The translations under genes and the position numbers were made by a program. From the NCBI RefSeq assembly GCF_001447785.1, contig NW_015168044.1, forward strand, positions 595,940-659,939: a stretch of DNA of 64,000 nt, given 5' to 3'. This stretch comes from Gekko japonicus (taxonomy: Eukaryota). Below the pieces are notes generated by a model that was given only the letters and a program-made list of their open reading frames with translations, had not been told where the DNA came from and did not search any database. Below are positions 1 to 11,869 of this stretch, in pieces. Within the stretch, counting starts at the first letter, position 1. The number at the start of each line of letters is the position of its first letter.

Positions 1-2203
1 ATCTTCTGGAAGGGTTGCCAGAAGCTCGGAGAGCCTCTCCCACAAAGTGTATTGGTATCTACTCATACACGCTAAGTACTTGGTGGTCTTCACCACTAGT
101 GCTCCAGTAGAGTAGAAACGTCATCCGACTGCATCTAGCTTTCTGCTCTCCCTGTCTGAAGGGGCAGAATGGGTTCTCTTTGACTTGGATGAGGAAGTAA
201 CTACCATTAAATTTGGTTGAGGATGGGCGAATAAGAATTCCGCTCCTGTTTCTTGGACTCTATACATATGGTCCAAGCGACGTGTGGACACTGGAACCGA
301 TGATGGTTTATCCCATGGTGCTTTAGCTGCCTGTAACAGGACCATGGACATGGGTAGTGCTATAGCCGTCGATGTATCTAGTTGCACCACGTTGTACCAC
401 ATAGCCGTCGATGTATCTAGTTGTACCACATCGAAAACGGCATCTGTAACCTGTGGTTGTGGTTGTACGACTGAAAGGCCAAGGGAGTGAGCCACTCTTT
501 TCACAAGGTCTCCGTAGGAAGTTAAATTTTCAGATGGAGATATAGGTTGGTCATCGGCTACTGCCTGGTTCGGAGAAGGCTGGTCAGGGGAGCTGTGTAC
601 ATCTGAAGGCCCCGTATCAGAATCCTCATCCACAGAGTCAGAGGAATCGGGCTCTGGTAATTGCACCAGAGTGGTTTTGATCTGACTGGTTGGATCTGTT
701 GACGGTGGGATAGGGGGACTGGGAGGACGATATTGATCCTGTCGATGTCGAGAAGGGTCATCAGATGGATGATCCGGAGGACGGGAAAGAGATGCTGAGG
801 GCCTCGATCTATGGGGTAACCATGATCTGTGAGCAGAGTAACAATCTCAATCAGAGTAACCTGCTGGCGTCAACCATGGCATGGATGCGGGGGGGATAAG
901 CCCCATAGAGATAACGTAGTTGGCGATGATCCCAGGAAAGAGCAGGAGGTGGTGGGGGCAGGAAGACTTGTGGGGATCTACTCCTAGAGCGGGAGCGTCT
1001 GGAAGACAGTGTAGCATCAATATCGAAGGGCCGATCCTTGGCAAACAGACGGGGAGGATGACGTTGAGTGTTTGGAGGGATCTGTCGATGCCGACCTGGG
1101 TCAATATCAGCATGGAACTCCGAGACTGTCGATGCCGATGACTGAGCAGAGGGAGAGCGATCCGTGCCCAGGGGACGACTGAGGATTTCGACATTATCGA
1201 TGTTGGAGAAAGGATGCATATCGACCAGCGTGTCATGGTCTAGCTGGTGTGTCAGAGAGTCCATCAGCTTGATGGTCGGTATCGGTGGAGCGACTGGAGC
1301 CTCCGATGCCGATACTGTCGTTGGAGCAGGGAGCACCTTAGGGGCATTACCTGGTGCAGGACCCGCGACTTTTCCAGACTTCGCCGCCTTTAGGGCCTTA
1401 GAGGAACCCTTTTTGGCAGACTTGTGCTCTTTACCCGATTTCTCCTTCTTTTTCACGGGAGTGGGCGCCGAAGACTGCGCTGTCAGTGCCGGGCGCTTTG
1501 ATGTTGACTGGACGATGTCGGACGAGGACTTTGATACCGGAGCCATTGATGTTGATGGTCTGACTGGTACTTCTGGATCCATGACGGAAGTGGAATTAGC
1601 ACCGATTCCAGTAACGCCACCCGGAGACGCGCCGCTCGGTTCTTCCTGGTTTGATTTGAAAACTTGGCACAGTGTCGACAGGACTCTGGTCGGTGTGTCT
1701 CGCCAAGACAAAAAATGCAAAGGGTGTGGCCATCAGGTGGAGCGAGCTTACTGCCACACCCCTTACAACGGTTGAAAAAGCCCCACTTCTTCTCCATAAA
1801 ATAAATGAGATGGAGAAGAAAAAGAGGTGGTGGGGGGGCACGAAGGCCAAACTGAGGTAAAGCGAAAAACTTCCTCCTCAACTAAACAAAATCTTTTTTT
1901 TTTTACCAAGAAATAAGCAAAGGCAAAAAGAAAAGGAAGAGAAAAACTGAAGAGAACTCCAAAGAGCCTCTGAGGAAAAATAGCTACCAATCTGACTGAC
2001 GAAAGGAAGGTGCTTCCAGAGCAGCGGAAAGAAAGGAACTGGCGGGATGTCCACGCCTACCCCTCTGGGCATGCATGGTGAAGTTCCTGTGCATGCCTGA
2101 GGTCTGGGCGTGAAAATCCGTTAAGAGCTTGCTACAATACCGATCGATCTAGCGCAGGCGCACTGTATCCCATGGGTGTGAAACACAGAGACCACGTCGA
2201 AGA
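1..2203 (-). mobile_element. DIRS1-like tyrosine-recombinase retrotransposon, 5' part (terminus + frameshifted gag-like ORF1), continuing past window start
   Basis: ORF 1483..1881 has the Cys/His finger typical of vertebrate DIRS ORF1 (RCKGCGSKLAPPDGHTLCIFCLGETHRPESCRHC); ORF 121..666 has the DIRS gag motif (PWDKPSSVP..RRLDHMY..FLFAHPQPN..DRESRKLD); terminus TCTTCGACGTGGTCTCTGTG on minus near 2203. Confidence 0.8.
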
Positions 2204-4263
2204 TAGATGGGGCCAGCACACAGCCCTGTTTCACACCTTTACTAACAGGAGTTCTACTGGTTAGAGAGCCAGAAATACCCACTTTAATTGGGGCAAAAGT
2301 ATCTCTATGTAGCTCTCGAATGAGCAGTAATAACCGCTGCTCAACATTCATTTTAGCTAACTTTGACTAAAGGCAGTCCCTGTTTATAAAATCAAATGTG
2401 CCGGCCAGGTCAACAAATGCTATATAAAGTGCCTTTGATGGCCCATTTAACCCAGAATGCGCCAGTTGGTAAAGGGTTTGGCAGTGACAGATTGTTCCAA
2501 GGCCCTTTTGAAAACCTGCTTGAGCCAGATGTAGAATTTGTTCTTCAGCCATCCAGTCTTCCCATTTTAACAGCAGGTATTTACTGTATAGTTTTGCCGC
2601 TATATCTAGTAAACTTATCGGTCTATAATTGTGTGGGTCCACAATGTCCCCCTTTTTAAGTATGGGCACCACAATACTCAATTTCCAACCAGAGGGAAAC
2701 ACTCCAGACCCATTAATCTGTGTGAAAACTCTAGCCAGGAAGGGGGCCCACCACTCAGGGAAAACTTCACAGTTCAGATGGTAACATATCTTCCCCCGGG
2801 GATTTTCCTGTGGATAGTGTGGCTATTAGACCTCTAATTTCAAATTCTGAGACTGGTGACCATTCCAGTAGACCTGTAAAGTGTAAGGGTGCAACCTGAA
2901 GGATTTTATTTTGGCCCTCTGGCTGAGGACAATTTAGCCCAAACACATTACAGAAGTAAGTGAACCATACATGGCCTGGGATACGTGCATCAATCTGGCA
3001 GTATGGACTACTTTTTTATTTGCAACCTTTTTTAAAAGATTGGGACAATTATGGAGTTCAGCCAAATGTCTGGTAAAACTCCAAATTTATCAATGAGTAG
3101 GCAAGAGATTGTGTCCACCGATCAATATCACTCTTTAAAAGTTCAATAGGTAGGCCATCAGGCTTTGCGAGATTTAAAAGAGTTAATAAGATCAAAAATT
3201 TCATCATAGGAGACAGGTGGCCAATCCGGCAAGTCAGCAGGCATTGCTCCATTATTTCCTGGGTCTAGGCAGGATGGATCATTGAAAAGGTCTGAATAAT
3301 AAGTTGTCCAATTTCGTGCAGTAATTTTAAAAGATATATATGGCCCAAATAATTTTTTTGAGCCAGAGACCAATGCACAGAAGGTTTTATGGTCACTACA
3401 CTTGATCGTTCTAAGTAGTTGAGACCATTTCTCCATGGCAAAAGTGTGCTTCTTTTGGTCAAACAGCCTTTGACAATCCTTCTTCAATTCTCTGTATCTA
3501 TGAAACGTCCAGGGATAAGTGCCAGAGCACAGCTGCTTGAAAGCATGTCTCAGATGTCTTTTAGCTTCAAAGCATTCCGCGTCGAACCAAGAATGGGAAG
3601 ATGGCTCTGAACATCTAATTGGCTGTGCATATGAGGCTAAGGACTCTATAACAAGTTTTAAGATTGACAATGCCTCATCTAGGGTCTTCGTGTCAAGCAG
3701 GGTTTGCATAATTTGTTTCCCAGTCTCAGAATTTAGCCAGTATAAAGGCCATCTTACTTTTTTTATACTGCATCCAATCAGAATTGGTGTATGGCGAGTG
3801 GGGCCTGCTTTAGATTCCGGAGCCTAATTCAAGGGTCAATGAGATTGGGAGATGGTCGCTCTCAGTACTCTCAGCAAAATCTGGTAATACAGTCTCTCAG
3901 CTTAAGGGAAGAAATTGCATAGTCAACCACACAACACCCTTGAGAAGAGGCAAATGTAAAGGCTCCATTAGGCTCTAGATGAGGGGAGCCATTCAAAACA
4001 CCTAGTTTCAATTCAGTGCACAGATCTACTAGCAGGTGGCCTGCCAGATTGACAGTAGAGTCTTTAGAGATCCTAGATGGTAAAAAAGGTAGTGGAGTAG
4101 AGTCTAAGTCTTCTCAATTCAATAAGACACTTAATTGTTCATTGCTAGAACCAATTCTTGGTTAAAATCCCCTAAAAGTAATAACATCACCTCGGGGGTT
4201 TTCACAACTATCTTACTTAGGAATTCCTTTAGCATATTCCAATGGCCTAAAATAGAATTATTA

Positions 4264-4866
4264 CAAGAAGTGGGACCCGTGATACTCGCAGGGGGGAAGT
4301 ATTCCCCACAGCTCCTGGCCTACAGAAGCAGCAGGAGGTGAGCCCAGCCTTCTCCCTCCGCCCCCCGACAGTGAGGCCTGAGCAGCTCACAGCCACCAGC
4401 CCAAGCTTTTTCCCTCCCCCTCCCTTCCCGGCGGCGGCAAGGCCGGGCTGCCAAGCTTTCTCCCTCCACCCCCCCAAGCAGCAGCGAGGCCTGAACGACT
4501 GCCTGCCCACCAAGCTTTCTTTTCCCACCCCCGTGGCAGCGAGGCTGGCCCGCCAAGTTTCTTCCCTCCCGAGCAGCAGCGGTGGCAAGGCCTGAATGGC
4601 TCACAGCCGCCGGCCCACCAAGCCTTTTCCCGCCCCGCCCCCCCAGTGGCAGCAGCAGCAAGGCAATCCTCAGAGCATTCTCTGCGCATGTGCAGGCAGC
4701 GCTCTTTTACTTTTGGGGGGATTTAAGTATTCTCCCTATAGTTTTTTCAGCACATCTGGGGATTGTCCCAAATGTGCAGGAAAATCTCTTTGCCCCCTAG
4801 GTGCCCCCCGATGTGCGGATTTAGATATCCGCACGCAGGGGGCACCTTGGCTATTAGATATATAGA
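4264..4866 (-). mobile_element. Non-autonomous Helitron
   Basis: Minus strand starts A|TCTATATATCTAATAG, ends with hairpin CCCCTG..CACGGG then CTTG|T (CTAG decayed); GC-rich internal repeats; A|T target, no TSD. Confidence 0.6.
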
Positions 4867-5450
4867 TCAACTAAGGATGGAACATAAACATTAATCAATA
4901 GAAACTGGAATTCTCTATGAGACACATGAAAGGCTTGGGCCAATGGTGGGCCAACTGTAAAACAGTAAAATTGGTTGAGTCTTTGAACAAGCAGCAGAGG
5001 CCTGCTTTAGGTCGGCCCTTTGAATTCAGCTTCTAAGCAGGTAATGAATAGGCAGTAAAGTTGTCAATTGAAAAGTCCCTTAAGGACCAAGTCTCTTGAA
5101 GAGAAATGATGTCAAATTTCTCAATAAGTGTCCTGAAGTCCAAGTCATCATATTTATTCCCCCATTCTGCTATATTCCAAGAAATTATTTGTAGGGTTGG
5201 TCTTCCTATACATTCCAGATGTTGGTTGTTCGGGGCTAGTCAATCTAATTCAACTATACAATTAAAGGCTGTGTTATCTTCTGAACATATACATCCATTA
5301 ATCGCCTCCTGGGTTATACCATGAGGTGAATAAGGTTGTTGGCATTTGTTAGCATTTAAAAGGTATGGTTTTGCAGGATCGTTGGTTAAGTAGTGCAATG
5401 TCATTCCTTGCAGGATGAACAAGGGACTGTTGAAGAGTAACTAAAGAGTT

Positions 5451-5674
5451 CACTCTTTCGAGGGGGCATGTATTTGTATTTGCTGTGAGTGGCTTGGGGA
5501 CCACTAGGACCATCGTAGGTAGCTCATCAAGAGGCATCTCAGCATCAATAATTGATTGGGGTCACTCTTTCGAGGGGGCATGTATTTGTATTTGCTGTGA
5601 GTGGCTTGGGGACCACTAGGACCATCGTAGGTAGCTCATCAAGAGGCATCTCAGCATCAATAATTGATTGGGGG
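5451..5674. repeat. ~111-bp tandem duplication
   Basis: TCACTCTTTCGAGGGGGCATG...AATTGATTGGGG occurs twice head-to-tail. Confidence 0.9.
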
Positions 5675-5999
5675 TTCAAATTTTTAATCTCTTGTAGTTT
5701 ACAGGGCCTGGTGGTCAATCTATCAGTAATTATTTGTTGCTTGGCATTGATAGAAGATCCAGAGGGGTTGGGAGCATCTTCTTCTAAGAAATTAGGTAGT
5801 TGGCCAGAGGGTACACAGGTCCTGAGGTCCGCAAGGGCTATAAGGTCCTGTTGGTTCACTACATCTTTCTCTAACAACATTTCCTGGGGGGACAGGTGCA
5901 GTTCAGATTCAGTGGCTAGGTTAAGGAGGAAGCCGGTGGGCAAGATGGAAGAAAAGAGGAGGGTGCCAGCTATGATGGAAAACTGTTGCTGTCCTCAAC

Positions 6000-6300
6000 C
6001 AAAAGCCTGGTGGAACATCTCTGCCTTACAGGTCCTGCGGAATTGCATTAAGTCCCACAGGGCCCTGATGGAAGACAGTTCCACCAGGTCGGAGCCAGGG
6101 CTGAGAAGGCCCTTGCTCTGGTCGAGGACAGACGGATATCTTTGGGGCCGGGGATCACCAGCAGATTGCTCTCGGCAGAGTGTAACGTTCCCCTGGAGAC
6201 ATACCAGAGGAGACGGTCCCAGGGATACGCAGGTTCCAGACCTCTCAAGGCCTTAAAGGCCAATACCAACACTTTGAATTTGACTTGGCATTCCACTGGA
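6000..6300 (-). mobile_element. L2 LINE 3' fragment
   Basis: FKVLVLAFKALRGLEPAY..RARAFSALAPTWWN is the L2 ORF2 C-terminal motif. Confidence 0.75.
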
Positions 6301-6437
6301 ATATCCAATACATTGCAAGGCCCTTAAGCCGCTCTCGGCCATATCTCTGGGATTAACTGCACAGTGTACAGAACTTTCAAGCACAGAGTATGGTTTTGTT
6401 CCTGCAAAGAGTAAAACAAATCCTTTGTAAAACCTAC

Positions 6438-6538
6438 CGCATGAATCATCTCTGTGAGCAATGGTTCTGGATCTGGCCTCATGTTTAAGTCCTCCAATTC
6501 AAAGCGAACTGCCATGCGAGTCATCTCAATCTCCTCGT
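6438..6538 (-). CDS. PMPCA: Mitochondrial-processing peptidase alpha, exon 6 (101 nt)
   Basis: [34 protein letters not shown]; cag acceptor, gtaggt donor. Confidence 0.95.
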
Positions 6539-6780
6539 CTGTCCCAAGGAGAAGGAACAAGGATGAGCACCGTGGAATCCAGGCCCAGACAGTGCAAGAC
6601 TGTGGGCAGCACAGGGCACGTCCCAACAGGCCTCCACAGGTCAGACTGAATGGTCTCCATTGTGCTGTCAACACAATGTCCCATGTCAGATCTTCACACA
6701 ATGCTACATTTTTATTGGGAAAAGTGGTTCAAGGAGTCATGTATCTGCTCCTTGAAACACCAATATCTCTATTATCTCAC

Positions 6781-6875
6781 CTGACAACCTGGGCTGTAGC
6801 ACCACATCAGCCAGCAAGCCAACTACAGTGTCCAGGCCTTTAACATCTGCAGAAACGGCATACATTGTGGTATCC
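6781..6875 (-). CDS. PMPCA: PMPCA exon 5 (95 nt)
   Basis: [31 protein letters not shown]; AG/GT sites, phase consistent. Confidence 0.95.
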
Positions 6876-7314
6876 CTGCAAGGGAAGCAAAACAGGGTTA
6901 ACATTTGGTTAAAACATGTGGCTTCGGGGTAGCTGTTTCCCAAAAGCTTACAGCCACTTTTTATGGATTCCATCAGCCTCCTCCTCAAATAATGCAATAA
7001 GCAATCTTTAAAATGGTAGTATGAGGCAGCCAATGAACTGAAGCAACCACAGCCCAACACTCAAATGGCACAGAAAATCCTCTGTGAGGGAAGACGGGGG
7101 TAAGCTCAAAAATACAAACAAAATGCAAGCTCCTGTAAGAGTAACAAAACTGGAAAGAGAGACAACTTGCAGAACACCAGTCATAAATCCAGACTGACAT
7201 ACAAAGAAAGAGGAAACGAAAAAGAAACAAATATTGTTGGGCTTAAAAGTGGATCCCAATCTGGAAAGAAAAAAAGACTACTAGCCACGTGCTTCAAGTA
7301 ATACAGAAGCATAC

Positions 7315-7397
7315 CTCGATGCCTGGCAATCACAGATTCCACCATGCTTTTCCAAGGTAAGAAGGATCTCATCCTTACTGCCAAACTGAGCTGTGGA
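7315..7397 (-). CDS. PMPCA: PMPCA exon 4 (83 nt)
   Basis: [28 protein letters not shown]; AG/GT sites. Confidence 0.95.
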
Positions 7398-7645
7398 CTG
7401 ACACAAAAGAAGAGAAGAAAGAATCAACACTGGGTTTAAATCACATTTTAATTTTTGCTAAGTGGGGCTGGACCATAACAGCTTGGGAGGATTAACAGGA
7501 ATCAGTTCAAGAGGCACATTCAAGAGGAGAGGGCACATTTGTGTGCCTCACAGGCGCTCTTGGAAGACTTCTGGAAGAATGCATTTCAGGTCTCCAAGGC
7601 TGCAGAGTAAAGTTCAAGAAGACAACCATAAGCCATATTACTTAC

Positions 7646-7725
7646 AGAAAAAGCCAGCTTTTCCAGAAAATGAGAGATACCACCAATATATTTCGCTTCA
7701 TATCTTGACCCTGAGTTTATAAGAA
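7646..7725 (-). CDS. PMPCA: PMPCA exon 3 (80 nt)
   Basis: [27 protein letters not shown] (degenerate HxxEH of the M16 alpha subunit); AG/GT sites. Confidence 0.95.
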
Positions 7726-8143
7726 CTGTTGAAGCAAAAGAGAGAGGATGTGAGTATTTTGCACCTTAAAAAGACCTCACAGCAAGTTGAGCAGCACATC
7801 CCTTTCTCCCAAACCTTCAGCATTCCAAGTCTACATTCCAAGCCGACCAAAAGATCCTGATTCCGCTGCCCGTTTGGCATTTCCTCCTGGCACAGCATCA
7901 TGGTGCTGCCCATTATTCCCATACACCTTCTGGCCTAAGCCAAGGCTGGGGTGGGGAGAGAGAATGCATGTGCCTATGTTCATGGAACTGCACATGCTCG
8001 CACTGTTGCTTCAATTGTTTAATAAAGTTTCTGTACTCACCATGAATAATTGAAGTTAAGATGTACAAAAACACAAAAGCAGAATAAAACCCAAAAGTGT
8101 TCAAGTAAATCAATCTAAGCATCAAACTACAATTTGAGCCAAT

Positions 8144-8530
8144 TTAGAGACAAAGAATGAAAAACGTGATCTGTCTCTCCCTCCATCCTCTCTTCTCCAG
8201 GCAAAACATACCCCCTTCCTTCAACCTTTCCTCCTGAACCAGTTCCAATTTGATTACATTTTTCTTAAAGTGCAGCATCCAGAACCAAGATCCTCTCTTC
8301 TCCAGGCAAAACATACCCACTTCCTTCAACCTTTCCTCCTGAACCAGATCCAATTTGATTACATCTTTCTTAAAGTGCAGCATCCAGAACCACGTGCAGA
8401 ACTTCAGCAATGGTCTGACCAGCGTGAAGCAAATTAGAACTATTACTTCTTGCGATCTGGATGCCATGCTTCTATTAATGCACTCTGAAAACTCCATTAG
8501 TGTTTCTGCAGCCGCTTCACACTACCTGTG
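8144..8530 (-). mobile_element. Old CR1 fragment with internal ~100-bp duplication
   Basis: LVRPLLKFCTWFW..HFKKD..LVQEERLKEVGMFCLEKR, partly repeated twice. Confidence 0.75.
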
Positions 8531-9803
8531 CACCTGAATTTCAGTATATCCTTGATGCAGTGCTGTTAACTGTGAGCCGTCCTGAGACCATTCGCAGGGA
8601 AGGCGGGATATAAATCCATATAATAATAATAACAACATGGCTGGTTTCTTGTTTTTCCTCTTTATTTGATGAGCAATAATTGTATGCAAGGAGTTTCCCA
8701 AACACTGATCACTGTAAGATCACATCCCCAGTTCCGGGCCATAGCCAGTGGTGGGGCTTTAGGGGCTGTGCCCCCATCGATTAAGGGGAACTCCAATGCC
8801 AACCAGGCAGCAGGTCCCTGGTGAGCCCCAGCACCAGCCAGCAAGTTGGCTCTCGGAGACTTGCTGGCTGATGCATACGCAGAGAGGCAATGGGGCAGGC
8901 CAATAGAGAAGAGCTCTCAGAGAGCCGACTCGCTGGTTGGCTGGCACAGATGCAGTGAGGTGCCAGGGCGGGCCATTCTCTAATGACCCACTCCGGTGCC
9001 TCACTGCATCTGCACCAGCCAGCATGTCAGCTCTCTGAGAGGTCTCAAAAATCCAACCTGCTGGCTGACAGACAGGCACAAAAGCAGTGAGACATCTACT
9101 TGGAGAGCCAAGGAGGCAGTCAAGCAGCAGGGCAGCTTGCCCCGGCACCTCACTGCATCTGTGCCAGCCAACCAGCAAGTCATCACTCTTCTCTATTGGC
9201 CCACCCCGACGCCTCACTGTGTCTGTGCCAGCTAGCAAGTTGGCTCTCTGAGAGCCGACTCGCTGGCTGGCAGCACTTGCTGCCATGCTGCCTCCTCTTC
9301 ACTCGTGATGACATCACCACGATGCCCCCCAAATCCCAAAGCCCCCTGTCAAAAAATTTCCTGGCGACAGTTTCTGGTACTTTAGGTTCATCAGACCCTC
9401 ATGCTGCTTTTGCCCATACTTGAAAGAACAAGTGTCCTCATGGTTTGGGAACCATCAGGCAGAGCCTCTAGCTCAGAAATGCCCCTGCACAGCAGCAAGC
9501 AAGCTCAGATCCCCCTTGCCTTACGGGCTTGCAAGTCAGTTTGAGCACAGTACTCAGGACCAAGACTCAAGAGCTTCTATGTATGTAAAGCTAACCTTCC
9601 ATCTACTATGGGAAGATCTGTTACATATGTACCATTTTTCAAACCTGCTGAAGGAAGACAAAAATTTGCCCAGCCTCAGGAAGACAGATCAATTGAAAGC
9701 AACCAGAGACCCAAAGTCTGATCTGCTCTCTATAAAACCACATACAACCAACAAGAAGGTACATAGTAGAGTATGAAATTCACAAGAAAAGCAACTGTGT
9801 AAC

Positions 9804-11401
9804 AAAACACTCAAACCTTGTCTTATATAAACTTTTAGTTTCTGTTTAAGCAATAAATTGTATCACTAAAATAGAACAACAACTTTAAGGGGATATCCCA
9901 ATTCTATACTACAGTCAACCCAAACCCGAGCTGTTAGCATAAAGAGGTAACAGTTACTTAATACTGCACCAAAGCCTACATCTTACCTGCTCCTTCAAGT
10001 ATACCCATTTGTCAAATAACATCATGAAGATTATACAGAGATATTGGTATATGGTCTCAGATATACCAGGCTGTGAGATTCCACCTCGTATAGCATATTC
10101 ACGTACACAAAATTCAAAAGATCTATTAGTTTTATCTGACTTTAGGCATCTAAAAGATATGAGCCAACAACCTTTGGGTTTTTATTGTTGTGGGTCCTGT
10201 AAAGCATGCAAATATGCTTTGAATACTAGAAAACTTACACATCCAGACACTTTTTATAGAATAGACATAAAAGGTTTCAGCAACTGCAACACAAAGAAAT
10301 ATATATATATCTTGTCCTTTGTAAATGTAGAAAAAAAATACATTGACAGTACAATAAGGGCTATTAAAACAAGGGTGCTTGAACATATCTTGAGAATTAA
10401 AAATTACATTAGAAAAGCCCCATTAGTGGAACACTATAGGCATATGAATCATTCACCTGAATCTTTGAAATTTCTGGATATATATAAATACATGGGGAAA
10501 CCTAATTCTTATGTGGATGTTCAAAAACACCTGCTACAGATGGAAACTAAAATGATTTTTCACTTAATGCATCCAAAAGGACTGAATTTAATGAATGACT
10601 TCTCTTGCTTTCTGTGAATAGTGTAAAATGATTGAATATATACATTCAGTAAAAGTTATACCTTGGTAGTTTTAATTCGTAGGGGTTAGTTAAGTAAATT
10701 ATATATAAAATATAGGAACTTTACAGGTAAGGTTTTAATAGTGTAGTTGTTCTCAGTTTCTAATGATACAAATAAATACTCCTGTTGGTATCACCTTTAA
10801 GAAGAGAGATGTTCAGGAAGTGCTATCTGCAATTTAGCAACAGCAAACACTTCACTCTTGGAAATGGTGGGAAATGCTGTCTAAGTTCCTTATTAAATCA
10901 AGTAAAGGTAGCTATTTTCTATAATTAAACTATATTGCAAATTGCAATGTCATTTTGAGCTAAATATAACATGTGCCTTTGTTTACAATGTTTTATGTAG
11001 AAGTGCTGCGGAGGACTGTCGACTCCCTAACATCATTGTGCCTTTGTTTACAATGTTTTATGTAGAAGTGCTGCGGAGGACTGTCGACTCCCTAACATCA
11101 TTGTGATTATCAAGCACTGGGAAAAATGAAGATTATACAGAGATATTGGTATATGGTCTCAGACATACCCGGCTGTGAGATTCCACCTCGTATAGCATAT
11201 TCACGTACACAAAATTTAAAAGATCTATTAGTTTTATCTGACTTTAGGCATCTAAAAGATATGAGCCAACAACCTTTGGGTTTTTATTGTTGAATAGTAT
11301 AAGAGTTGGTTTGGTTTGTACTGTACCACTAGAATATGTTGATACAATTTATTGCATAAACAGAAACTAAAAGTTTATATAAGACAAGGTTTGAGTGTTT
11401 T
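9804..11401 (+). mobile_element. Penelope-like element (Neptune-type) 3' part with GIY-YIG endonuclease
   Basis: ORF 10009..10617: CGSCKAC Zn linker, then CNTKKYIY..KYIDSTIRAIKTRVLEH..PLVEHY..E..I..PKGLN; inverted terminal copy 9804-9865/11340-11401; internal duplications. Confidence 0.85.
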
Positions 11402-11445
11402 TCTTTTGGATTCCCTGTAAGTGGCTGCAACAGAGTTCTACTTAC

Positions 11446-11651
11446 TCCCAACAGTACAGAACTGGCCAAATTTATTCTGTGAAGCCACCTGCAGTCCATT
11501 CTCAAGCGTGGTCACCTTCGTCTCGAATCCCTGCTGAGTGTCAACAGTTGCAAAGAGAGGTTTTGGCACCCCAGGCAGAGGTGCTGTCAGGGGAATGCTC
11601 GGGTAGCTACTCCCACTACTGCTGTAACTGCGGTAGGCAACCAGTCCAAGC
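11446..11651 (-). CDS. PMPCA: PMPCA exon 2 (206 nt)
   Basis: [64 protein letters not shown]; ccag acceptor, gtaagt donor. Confidence 0.95.
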
Positions 11652-11869
11652 CTGGAGCAAGAAAACAAATGTGTTAGCAAGGACAAAGCCCCTGAGTGAG
11701 GCATGTGTAATCACTGGAGATGCAGTGACGGCAATGGGATCGAAGGGCCCAGACAGACAGCCTTTCTTTTCCTGCTTGGTGAAATGCAGAGACTATAGCG
11801 CCTGTACAAACTACTGCTTTACATTATTCCACGTGGTTCAGTCCTGTCCCCTCTCTGACTGGCAGCCAT

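Larger units (their letters stand above)
2204..5950 (-). mobile_element. Degenerate non-LTR retrotransposon (RTE-X/L2-like; EN + RT fragments), interrupted by the DIRS and a Helitron
   Basis: RT motifs GVKQGCVLAPSIF (2121..2351), IVVPILKKGD..NYRPISLLD..QAGF..AFVD (2367..2702); SWFDAEC linker (3158..3709); frameshifts/stops; right boundary approximate. Confidence 0.7.

Noticed and set aside
361-430. Short tandem repeats resembling repeat-spacer arrays (also 10972-11104, 5451-5674)
   Set aside because: Two-copy local duplications with no unique spacers; eukaryotic DNA, not CRISPR.
1164-1775. 203-aa plus-strand ORF and similar long antisense ORFs (5552..6256, 41790..42437, 42434..43051, 59364..59864)
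   Set aside because: Shadow frames of TE or GC-rich sequence with no recognisable domain or splice support.
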